DNA of 63,617 bases, the filler included, from Nemertoderma westbladi (Eukaryota > Animalia > Xenacoelomorpha), in the NCBI GenBank assembly GCA_032718475.1. It is 3 parts of 3 records of this genome, joined end to end, with 100 filler letters (N's around TTAATTAATTAA, not from the genome) between each part and the next. Parts side by side here need not be neighbours in the genome. Positions count along the whole stretch, not along the records: positions 1 to 20,614 come from JAUCBJ010002861.1; positions 20,715 to 51,468 come from JAUCBJ010004865.1; 1 more part is not named here. One strand, given 5' to 3'. Of the stretch, positions 13,901-24,629 are shown piece by piece (the first letter of the stretch is position 1; the number at the start of each line of letters is the position of its first letter). The translations under genes and the position numbers were made by a program. The notes under the pieces were generated by a model. It did no database searches and was not told the origin of the DNA. It saw only the letters and a list, made by a program, of their open reading frames with translations.

Positions 13901-14010
13901 GGAGTAGATACGGTGTTCTCGATTATACCATTAGAGGGCATTTAGTAGATCCGGAAAAAGTGAATTTTTGCAAAATGCGACTTACGGTCTTTTCATATTG
14001 CACGGTAGAT
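10955..14010 (-). pseudogene. Degenerate Sola1-like DNA transposon (transposase remnants)
   Basis: Fragments VSQPFFLTTLGY, VSADLWKIIILP...HESFVPLG...VIWHE and FEPRHIHM resemble Sola-type transposase motifs; ACTTACG(C/G)TCTTTT motif near both approximate ends; many stops. Confidence 0.5.
13002..13292. repeat. 36-bp tandem repeat, about 8 copies
   Basis: Unit CCATCCCTGCCATATCCACGTCTCCAACACCACCTC (GGGVGDVDMAGM on minus). Confidence 0.9.
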
Positions 14011-15420
14011 CTTCGGGTTTTTAGATCCTACAGATCTTTAGATCCCACATGTCATCAGATCACTACGTCTTTAGTTCGAGAAATATAATTATTATCAATG
14101 CATAGATGCATAATTTTTACAAAGTTCACAAAATAAACTTAACTTTAGATGCAAAATTTGCAATATTTGGTACATATATAAAATTGAAGAAACACAAATG
14201 GCACATATGTTGGCAGTGTGGCGCATAGTGATGGAATTGTATCCTAAGTGCCTGCGTAACGTTTATGTACAAAATTTAATTGTGAATAAATTAATTTTAA
14301 ACCCTTGATTCACATTATATTTGTTAAATTTTAATAATCAACCTAATCCTTAAATAGTGTAGTTCTCCTATAATACGCAATTGGTAGGTACGGAAATTAA
14401 TTATAATTATTCAGACATATTTTAACGACTATGTCTCCTAAATAATTAAGTGAACGCAATCAGCACTAGAGATTTACTTACCTTGCCTCGTTATATTTTG
14501 CAAACCGGTACTGAAATATAGATAGTCAATTTAAGTAAAAATAAGTTCTATAATTTACTGATCTAAGGATAGCTTAATAGTTAATAAACTTTTGCATATT
14601 GCGAGATTCGAGTCGTGTAAAGTAATATACTTTATAATTTATAAAACTTAATAAGACAATAATAAATTATTATTGCAAAATCAAAATAAAATTAAATTGA
14701 AATTATTAGATATATTCAAGTTAATCCAGAATTCATTACGGTGGAATTATTAAATAGACAAAATGTTTCCATGTGTGTTACAGCTTATGAAGCATTCCGG
14801 CAATAAATCTGGAATCTTATTGGTCAGAAAGATGGCTAATACGAAGGACATTAATTACAATCCACCAACAGAGAGCTTCCTTCTTTTACGTTATGTTGTA
14901 AATTATTAGGCTTGTCACCAATTTTAGTGTTGTAATTTATCTTGTAGATCAATTATTATTATAAGAGAGGAATGGGTGTTTCAGTTAAGAAATTAAATTT
15001 TAAGTTAAGAAGTTTTGAAATATCAATATTTTTTATTCTAAAATTTGTATAGAATTATTTTTTTAAGAGTTAAGAATATTTATTTTAATATAAGATGTAG
15101 TTGGATAAGTTAATGTATGTATGCTTCCATATACATAAATAGTAGCGATTTGTAGCACAATTAATTAGTTTATAGGCTTACATTTAATTAAGTTTACTAA
15201 AGTTTGAGGCCCCAAGTTCATAATTATTCGTTGTATCTTGCCAGATCCCTGTGCAAAAAACTAGGAGGCGAGATCCACTCTGAGGTAAATTAGGTATTTT
15301 TTGCATTTTACTTTTTGGTGTGTGTTATTCTAGCTCTATGTGGTCACGACATTATTATTGATCAAAATTTGTAGATTTCTGTGCTTTGTAATTATAATCC
15401 CCGTTCAAATAATTATTCAT

Positions 15421-16304
15421 TAGAGTCTGAAGCGGTTAATTTTTCCGTCAACCGGTTAACCATTTCCAATTAACCGGTTAAAATGTAAAACCTACCTAGA
15501 TCTACAACCAATGGTGCAATATACAAATACATACTACGGTACATACTGTGAAACTGAAAGTTATATCGCTGACAGTCCCCAAACTTAAGCTACAGTACCG
15601 GTATGTATATTTATTATGTAAACTAAGCTAAGAGGTATCCGTCCCTATAGGCGCCTACTTGCAATACAACTGCTTAGTGCTTCTATTGCTCTATTTTGAT
15701 AGAGCCACCAGCACTATAGTGGATGTTTACTGTACTTAGTAGTCCTACAGCTGCATACAGTACAAAAAGAATTTCTGAAACATCGCGATGGAAAATACTT
15801 ATTAATATGGTAACATACAGGTAACAAACTGGTAACAGAACCTGAAAACATAAAAATGGGACATTCACAAGAAATATGTTTGAAATCTATTAATTACATG
15901 TTAATTTCCGGGCCCATGTGAAGATTCCCATTCTTTCAGCCGTTATATTTCACTTTGCGGTTACCCCCATGTGAAGAATACCAGGTTTTCACCAAAAACA
16001 CAGGTTACAGAAGGGCTGAATCTAACCAAAACACTGAACGAATTAGTCATATGTACAGGTTATATAAGACAGAAATAAGCGCTATAAAACCTTAATTAAT
16101 AAAGATAAATTAAAAAAAATAAAAAATCTTCATATATAAAATTCCAATAAAACGTCGACTGAAAAGTGAAATCCTGGTATTCTTCACATGGGCGGGTAAC
16201 AGAACCTGAAAACCTCAAAATGCGACATTAAGCCGGTTTTTTAAACGGTTGATCAATTTCTAACCGGTTAATTTGAATTAACCGGTTAACCGTTTCCGGC
16301 CCTA
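15421..16304. mobile_element. Non-autonomous hAT element (MITE)
   Basis: Imperfect TIRs TAGAGTCTGAAGCGGTTAA and TAGGGCCGGAAACGGTTAA, TAACCGGTTA subterminal motifs, 8-bp TSD TTATTCAT (15413-15420 and 16305-16312). Confidence 0.85.
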
Positions 16305-16611
16305 TTATTCATAATATTTGAAACATATAACTAGTCTGTCAACGTGTCAAGGACAACATGAAACATAAATTTTCTAATTGCCTTTAAATTTTTTATAAGC
16401 GTTTTAAAAATTACGTGTCTTTTTCGAGATTTCTCCCTTCGTATCGAAGGCATTCTTCACTTAGCATCCCTTAGTACATGTCATTAATTATTTATCTCAA
16501 GAGTAAGTGTACAACAACGGTATGCCTAAATTAAATACCTTTAATCGTAGTTACACATACATAAAGAAAATGTTCCAGATATATATACATATATGTGGAA
16601 TCCTTGCAACG

Positions 16612-18582
16612 CACAGTGGGTCAGAAACCATCTTTTGTGGCCAAAATGCGGTAATTCGGTGGGTGTTCATGTTTTAAGAACAATTTTTCTCCAATACGGG
16701 TTTTCAAGTGTTCTGAATCGTTTGGAAGGGTTTCGGGTTATCAATGTTTGGCGTTGCGCCATTTCTTGGCACGTGCCAAAATTAGCATATTTGGGAAATA
16801 TGATAAACAATGCCAGAATGCCGCAGCTTTTGGTTCTCATGAGTTTCCCAGAGTGCTGATGCGATTGCAAATAGTTTCAAATTCAGTGGTGGCACAGATT
16901 AGAGAACTTAGGCACGTGGCGTGGCACATGTTTGAGGCATATGGCACAAAATATGAAACTTACTAGAGATAGTCAGAAATTGATAATTTTCAGTATTTAG
17001 AGGTTTTCGGGGGTGCTGATTCTATTTCAAATAGTTTCAAATTTCGCTGTTACTCAGACGTGCCACTTTAGCATGTGGCACATGTTTTCGGCATATGGCA
17101 CAAAATATCAAACTTACTATACAGATAGTCAGAAATTGAAAATTTTTAGTAGAGGTTTTAGAGGGTGCTGATTCGATTGTAAATATTTTCAAATTCCAAT
17201 GTCACTCAGACGTGCCACTTTAGCATGTGGCACATGTTTGCGGCATATCGCACAAAATATCAAACTTACTACTGATAGTCAGAAATTGACAATTTTCAGT
17301 ATTTAGAGGTTTTCGGGGGTGCTGATTCTATTTCAAATAGTTTCAAATTTCGCTGTTACTCAGACGTGCCACTTTAGCATGTGGCACATGTTTTCGGCAT
17401 ATGGCACAAAATATCAAACTTACTATACACATAGTCAGAAATTGACAATTTTTAGTAGAGGTTTTAGAGGGTGCTGATTCGATTGCAAATAGTTTCAAAT
17501 TCCACTCTCACTCAGACGTGCCATTTTAGCATGTGGCACATGTTTGCGGCACTTGGCACAAGATACAAATATATATACTGCTAGATAGAAATTTACAATT
17601 TTCATTATTTACAGGATTTCAAGGGTGCTGATACGATTGCAAATAGATTCAAATCCCGCTGTTCCATAATTGTGCAACTTTAACATGTGGCACATGTTTG
17701 CGGCACATGGCATAAAATATCAAAATTTATCCTGCTAACAGAAATTGACAATTTTCAGTACTTATGGGTTTTCAAGGATGCTGATACGATTGAAAATAGT
17801 TTAAAATTCCGCTATCACACAGGATGTGCCAGTTTAGCATGTGACACATGTTTGTGGCACATGGCAGCATGGCACAAAATGTCAAAATCTATACTGCTAG
17901 ACAGAAACATGGATATTTTTCGGTATTTTCAGGTTTTGGAGGGTGCTGATTCGATTAAAACTGGTGTCAAATGTCCATCTCGTTTATAAGTGCTATTATT
18001 GGAAAGTACCAACAGATAAATCCTTCAATTTTGGTATTTATATCAATATTTAGATGTCATTTTTGGTCCTTTTGGCAATTGGCAACTCAGTTTAGCAATA
18101 ATTTTGTTGTATATATGTTGATCTTTCATTTGAATGGCAGCTTGGGGCGTAGCAAGGCCTAGCAAAAAAAAATTTGATCCCGAAAGTTCTATAACACATA
18201 TTTTAAAGATATTTTTGTGGTTTTTAAAGAATATCACTTTTAGTACATATTTGCATTTAAAATACTTTACCGGTACTGTATTTGATATGAAATATGAATT
18301 CGGCATACTCCTGGGAACAAATTAAAAAAAAATTTTGAAATTCCTTAAAAATTGACTGATTTATCAAATATTTTCAATTTTCCTAATTTGGCATGAAAAT
18401 TTCATTTTTTTCATATAAATTTGAAATTTTGGGTTTGTCGAACTAGATTTTCTTCCCAGACATGAAAATTTTGGAAGTATATTTTCGGAGGTTTTCAGGT
18501 ATGGCGATTCGAATCGTGACATTGAAAAAAGTTTTTGAGCAGATAGGGTTTTGCCTATTTTGGCCGCTCTTGACCCTCTGTG
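16612..18582. mobile_element. Non-autonomous Transib DNA transposon
   Basis: Termini CACAGTGGGTCA and (reverse complement) CACAGAGGGTCA; 5-bp TSD CAACG at 16607-16611 and 18583-18587; no transposase ORF. Confidence 0.85.
16690..17975. repeat. ~153-bp tandem array inside the Transib element
   Basis: About 8 units with GGGTGCTGATTC...GTGCCACTTTAGCATGTGGCACATG...GGCACAAAAT; central units alternate at about 156 and 150 bp. Confidence 0.9.
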
Positions 18583-20129
18583 CAACGCAAGTTTTACAAT
18601 TAATATATGCACAACGCGATGCTAAAAGTGTAGAATGGCTACGATACGAAGGGTGCAATTTCGAAAAAGTTCCTTTATAAAAACGCTTAAATAAAAAATT
18701 TAAAGGCAAAATCGAAAATTCCGTCTCCATGTTAACAACCACGGTGAGTTGAGCTTGTTGTGTTTCAAATTTAAAGCAATACGATGAAAATTTGTAGAAA
18801 AATACGTGGGGGGGGGGGGGGGGGGGTGTCATCAGATACAGATTTTTGTAGCATTATTATTCGTTTCATTTTTCTGATTTATGTTCTCCTGCACTAACTG
18901 CTGTTCTCTTAGACCGCCACTACCAGTACCAGGATAAAGACAAGAATGGTTAGTAAAGTAGAGCAAAGGTAAAGCCTAAACCCTGGAAAAATAATAATAA
19001 TACGGTACTGCAATACGCAGAGATACTGATACTATGATATTTACTATCTTAAAAATGATCCTTTACGTCTGTATTCTTGAAATGGAACAGTTTATTGCTA
19101 TGGTTATAAAGGCCCGTCGCTGTGTCAGTATTATATATCAATAACTGATACATCCAAACCAAAATCTCGCATTTATCAAGACTGATTTAGTATAAAATTG
19201 GGTTATAAATTTGAGTCATGTCTCCATTATTGTCTAATGTGGGGCGAGCCACGAAGTTGGCGTAGCCTTAGCGAACTGACACTGATACAGTCGTACCCGG
19301 GTTGAGAATCTTATCATATTAGTAAAGTACTACCTAATGGCAAGTTACTGGCATGATAATTTTACTAAAATTTTACAATTACCACATTTTGCATTATTTG
19401 TTAAGGAATTAAGTAATACTTGCCAAGTACAGTATAGATTTTAAGAAATATTTGGGTGGGCACTTATCATGCAATGCACTTTCCAAATTCTTAACAAATT
19501 TTGTATTCCTAGAATATACTTTCTGTGACTTTATAACTTGACAAACATTTCATAAGTACTTTAGTGGTGCTTGACATACATTGCAATTATAAATCGGACA
19601 CATGATTCATCGCCAATAAATGACTCATTCAGTCATTTTGTGGTCAGTAGGCCTACTGCAGAGTTGCGTTTATTGAGTTTTCTTTATTTAAATTTAATTG
19701 TTTAATGAGTTTTGCTTACTTAAATAATTAGTGTTAGTGTTTTGTTACTTTAATTTTTACTGGTAGTTTTATTGCTGTTTGTTTACTTCAATTCAATTGT
19801 TTATTGTATTTTGTACTCTTTAATTCTGTAATTATTGTTTATCGAGTTTTGTAATCTTGAATTGTTTAGTGCCTTTTGTATGCTTGTTTTGTTTATTTTT
19901 TTATTTATTTTATTTGTACTGTTTATATCGTTAATGAAATATTTATGGTTTACCTAATTGTCTGATTGTTGCTAATTGACAATTGTAATTGAATTAATGC
20001 CTAATTGATATACAATTAAAATTCAAATTATTTAAATGTTGTGAAATTTGCTTAATAACAATTGAATTTGGAAGAATTGGAGTTTAAAAAAGGCCTCATA
20101 ATCCAAAGACATACAATGAACTTGTTGGG

Positions 20130-20614
20130 ATGTTGTTGGGGATCTGGCACTCTAGCATTTGGACCACGAAACGCGACAGACGGAACCCATAGTCAGAGAC
20201 CAGCCTGGATTAAGTGGAGAGGCAGGACTTTGGTGTGATGTACGAGTTCCAGGGGCATTCAACCTGCAGACTCAGGCGTTGTTAGATATCAGGGTCGTAA
20301 ACCTTAACGCCGAGTCGTATGCGGGACGACCCCAGAGGGCCTAGAATCTTCGGAGCACGCTAAAGCTGCACTATATGCGGAACCAGCGAGACAGAGGAGA
20401 CCGGACTTTGCACCCTTCGTAGTCTCTTGCGATGGAGTTCTGGCACCGCATTCCAACAAGCTCCTGAGGATCTTCGCTGATAGGTTGCACCACAACTGGG
20501 ACAGACCTTATAGCACCGTCATGGAGTGAGTTCGCCGCCGTGTGCAGTTCACAATAGTTCGAGGGGCTTCTCATTGCATCAGGGGGTCGAGGCTAAAGTG
20601 GCGCAGTGGTCTGG
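20130..20614 (+). pseudogene. 3' fragment of a CRE-type non-LTR retrotransposon (restriction-like endonuclease domain)
   Basis: CDVRVPGAF...ALLDIRVVNLNAESY, then FAPFVVSCDGVL...RPYSTVME*VRRRVQFTIVRGASHCIRGSR; frameshift and stop; runs into the gap. Confidence 0.7.
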
Positions 20615-20714
20615 NNNNNNNNNNNNNNNNNNNNNNNNNNNNNNNNNNNNNNNNNNNNTTAATTAATTAANNNNNNNNNNNNNNNNNNNNNNNNNNNNNN
20701 NNNNNNNNNNNNNN
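20615..20714. other. Assembly gap
   Basis: 100-nt N run with a central TTAATTAATTAA spacer. Confidence 0.98.
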
Positions 20715-20909
20715 AATTAATAGGACTGATGCTATAATGGATATTAAGGGCGTGTGAACGATTGACCGTAACAGAACGACATAAGCATGTTGTGCATAAA
20801 CTCATTATTGTCGACCATATGGTTCACGGGTATGGTAATTTGTCGGCCACAGGCGCCAACTACGGGGTAACAAATACTGTGAGTGGGGTTCCTAGTAAAA
20901 CGTTGGATA

Positions 20910-23039
20910 TTAAGGGCGTGTGAACGATTGACCGTAACAGAACGACATAAGCATGTTGTGCATAAACTCATTATTGTCGACCATATGGTTCACGGGTATG
21001 GTAATTTGTCGGCCACAGGCGCCAACTACGGGGTAACAAATACTGTGAGTGGGGTTCCTAGTAAAACAATCATGATCAAATAAGACGGTGATTATAAACC
21101 TTTCATTATTCATTGGTTTGTGCTTTTGTCCAGTCAACCATTTTAATATTCCAGCGGGACTCATATCTACTTTGGAAACTTCACAACCTTTATTTTTAGG
21201 AAGGTCATCGTCGGTATTCTCAGAAATCTCATAAGCAATCGCTTCTTCATAATTGCGAATTATCGAACCCTCATCTTCTATTTTCATGATAAAATCCTGG
21301 AAATTATCAACAACAGTTTCTTCGAGGTTTCTTCTTGAACTACCCTCTTCAGAGAACATAGGTTTGAGGAGTGACACAATGTAATTTGCAGTTATCATAT
21401 TCTCCAAATTCGAGCTTAAAACAAATATAGGTTTACAAATCTCCCGATGACTTTCTATGACGGCTTTGAAGTCATAGCAATTAAGACCAATTGCGAATTC
21501 ATTAAGATATAGCTTTCTCCTATTTAATAAATTTATTGCCAATGTACGAGTTATATCAGTTATTCGATCATTGTTAATAATACCAGTATATCCCTGTTCT
21601 ACAATAAGTTCGACATTGGCGGCAGGATCAGTACCAACACTATGAAGCATCTCGCGATCACTATCTGTGAGGATTGTTGAAAAGTCATCATTTATTAAGT
21701 CAAGAGAATCTGCATACAACATATTGTACACGTAATTATCTAGAAACTGCGGGGGTGGACCACCTTGTGCTAAACTGGTTGCAACAATTTGTCCGCAGGC
21801 ACGGAAATAACCGTTCTGTACATTTAACATTGAATCCAGAGGGGATCCATTCGGGAACATTGTGTTACCAATTTCTTCAACAGTATTGGTTAGAAATTCT
21901 CTCGCCATAGCACCTGTATCTATTCCATCCTCGTCAATAAATTTAATTACGAGACGATATTGCGGTGAACTTTTCTTGCTCTCACGTGTCCATAATTTAA
22001 GAATTCTTCCCAACGGAGCTCCACGTCGCACAGGTAAAAAGAATTGTGATGATCTATCGACTTTGTCTGACAGGAAGTCTATAAGTTCCGATGTAGTTGA
22101 AAAATGAGGCTCACCATGGCTACCGGTATGGACTCCTGGAAAATTAATGTGTTCAACGTCTGTGATTGTGCCATTACCTTGAGTTGTAATTAATAGAGCA
22201 TCTGAGCCAGTGTTAAAAAAATTGTCAACATTAAATTCATTCAAAACAGAACTAGCACATAAATCTTCTTCAATTTGAGTGTCTGTGAGGTCAATAATAT
22301 CTTTCGAAACTTCAAATGTAGTGCCGACTTCTTTGTCAGTTGTAATGACAGGAACGTCTGCAGTTGACTGTTTAAGGCGTTTTAATGGAATCTCATCTTT
22401 ACCATATGCCGCTGCATCATCCTCATCGCTGCACAAACACAAAAACAACACTATCCTTTTATAGTCTTTTCCGCAGCCTTTCTTATAGTCTTTAATGTTG
22501 AATGGGTTCATAGATCCCGGGAGAAACTGAGCTTTTAAACCATTGTCATACACTAGACAGTATTCATCTTCTTCGATAAATATATCAGGATAATACGAAT
22601 GCCATTTTTCTTTCGCCTTAATTAATATTTCGTCGTATGAATCTTTTGTGTTGAGTCGAAGTGCAATTCGTTTTCCACGTTTTGGTTTCATCTTTGCCTC
22701 TGAAGGCAACCAGTTCATTAATCCCAAAGTAATAATCACATCTAGATCGTCACTTTCCTTACTCGCAGCCAATGCCGTCTTCGACCTCCACTCCTTTGAT
22801 TTGCTCAGACGATAATCAAAAAACGAGGGCAATCTTTTGCTGGCGCCGAGTGTGTCTGTGTCAGGCAAACTCATCGAAGTTGACGTCCTTGCTGCAGATA
22901 CACTAATTATTCCTTTATTTGGGGAGCTAGGCCTTTCCAATGTTTTATGAACTGCAATTTCTGTAATCTTATTACCACAATGAGTGCAAAATTGGCCAGC
23001 ATATTTGCCAATATCGAATGAACAATGGGGACAAAACAT
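20910..23039 (-). CDS. Intronless HECT-like (G2E3-like) E3 ligase domain protein with N-terminal zinc ribbon, probably transposon-borne
   Basis: Likely start MFCPHC...FCTHCG (ORF is open from 23165); IKFIDEDGIDTGAMAREF, FRACGQIVATSLAQGGPPPQFL, ILKWLTG and C-terminal YPVVGACG with a candidate catalytic Cys. Confidence 0.75.
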   Translation of the reverse strand: MFCPHCSFDIGKYAGQFCTHCGNKITEIAVHKTLERPSSPNKGIISVSAARTSTSMSLPDTDTLGASKRLPSFFDYRLSKSKEWRSKTALAASKESDDLDVIITLGLMNWLPSEAKMKPKRGKRIALRLNTKDSYDEILIKAKEKWHSYYPDIFIEEDEYCLVYDNGLKAQFLPGSMNPFNIKDYKKGCGKDYKRIVLFLCLCSDEDDAAAYGKDEIPLKRLKQSTADVPVITTDKEVGTTFEVSKDIIDLTDTQIEEDLCASSVLNEFNVDNFFNTGSDALLITTQGNGTITDVEHINFPGVHTGSHGEPHFSTTSELIDFLSDKVDRSSQFFLPVRRGAPLGRILKLWTRESKKSSPQYRLVIKFIDEDGIDTGAMAREFLTNTVEEIGNTMFPNGSPLDSMLNVQNGYFRACGQIVATSLAQGGPPPQFLDNYVYNMLYADSLDLINDDFSTILTDSDREMLHSVGTDPAANVELIVEQGYTGIINNDRITDITRTLAINLLNRRKLYLNEFAIGLNCYDFKAVIESHREICKPIFVLSSNLENMITANYIVSLLKPMFSEEGSSRRNLEETVVDNFQDFIMKIEDEGSIIRNYEEAIAYEISENTDDDLPKNKGCEVSKVDMSPAGILKWLTGQKHKPMNNERFIITVLFDHDCFTRNPTHSICYPVVGACGRQITIPVNHMVDNNEFMHNMLMSFCYGQSFTRP

Positions 23040-24629
23040 ATTGTTTAATAACATATAGTAATAAGCAAAAGTTGAATTAACAGCTACCGGTAAATGGATA
23101 CGTACTAAAAAGCTGAAACACCTGGACAGCCAAAGCACAAATAATCCTGCGCCAGCTTGGTGCATAGCCCCGCCAGCAATTCAAAAATCGCTGGCTGCCC
23201 TGGCGCTGGCACAACACATTCATTGACATCTCTGCGCTCAGCCCTTTCAGTACGGGTACCTTACATACAGTCTTACTCTGCGTAGCACATTTCTGTGCCA
23301 GCCAGCCTGCCCCCGAGGCAAGTTGAAATGCTGCGCTGAACGTGTTCGGCGTAGGCCTACCGGTACATGTAAAACTTTTCAATACTGCAATAGGGCCTGA
23401 AAACACCTACCAGTAATTTTAAGGCCGGAATCCTGGGGAATCATGTAGAAACATCTAGATTTATCAAGAATGAGGCAGAAAACAATGGCTGGCTATTTTT
23501 CTCTGCCTCAAAAGTGGCAGAAAATGTGGCAGAAAACAATGGCTCGCTATATTTCTGTATTTCAGAGTTTAATCGGAATCGTTCATAGTCTAGTCTAGTA
23601 CCGGTACCAGTACAACTCAGTGTGTTACAAGCGGGTCCCGGAAGGAACATTGACTGAATGATTCCGTGGAGGGAAATTTAAATGTAATAGTTGACTACTA
23701 TCGCCAGTTGAGTTGACACTAACACATTTAGGCAGTTAGGTATTTGTATTATAACAATAAATGTATTTCAGTGTTATTGTCATCGACAACTTTTAATATT
23801 GAATGGAAGACTCATCCACATCCTGTAGTATTTGTGACAAATTATTTTCATGTGTCGGTAATTTAAACAAACATCGTAAAACTGTTCACGATCAAGAAGT
23901 TGTTACCGTTAGAGGTCGTAAGAGGAAATGCGAAGGAAGCGAAGATGACTCGTCGCCATCGGCAGTAATAGACTGCATGGTGTGTGGTACCACGTTCACC
24001 AAGAAGAGTAACTTATATGTACAGTACATCAACGAAATAAACATGGAGACAATAGCCATATATAAATTATTCCACCTGATGCTAAGAAATTAACGTTTAA
24101 CGGCAAGGAAGATTTTTTTAAATGGAAGTCTGATGAAGAAGCCAAAACGAACTAGCGTTACGTTGCGAGAACTGGTCCAAAAGTTTTCAGTGAAACCGAA
24201 ATACGATATTTCGTCTGCTATAGAAGCGGATATTATGAGAGTAATGGGAGTTTAAAAAAGGAACTGAAGATTCAGGGATCTGTAAAAATTAATTCTGTGT
24301 GCCCTTCTGGTCATACAGCCAAGTTTTATAAATCAGGTGTTGTTGAGGTAATGTTTCGCCCAAATCACGCTGGGCATGAAGACGATCTTTGTCACTTAAG
24401 GTTAACAACGGAGCAGAGGGTCGAGGTTGGTGGTAAACTATCTGCTGGTGTGTCTATGGGCGACGTATTAGATTCGATACGAACATCAGTAGACAATTCG
24501 TGAGTTTCTAGATTGCGCCTTATTAATCGGCAAGATATAAAAAACATTGCGTGTGATTTTGGACTGAAGAGTTCGTATGTATTTCATAGCAATGATGCCG
24601 AAAGCGTTGCTGCATGGGTACAGATGATT

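Larger units (their letters stand above)
16315..18770. mobile_element. Older TIR element hosting the Transib insertion
   Basis: 16315-16475 is a diverged reverse complement of 18605-18770 (TTGCCTTTAAATTTTT, CCCTTCGTATCG, TTAGCATC); true ends not defined. Confidence 0.5.

Noticed and set aside
20615-20714. TTAATTAATTAA palindrome within N runs (also 51469-51568)
   Set aside because: Identical scaffolding spacer in both gaps; not biological
20738-21067. 166-bp tandem duplication of the HECT ORF 3' end
   Set aside because: Apparently identical copies next to a gap; likely a contig-end artefact
24130-24160. CTGATGA hammerhead-like core
   Set aside because: No stem II or GAAA partner; lies in transposase coding sequence
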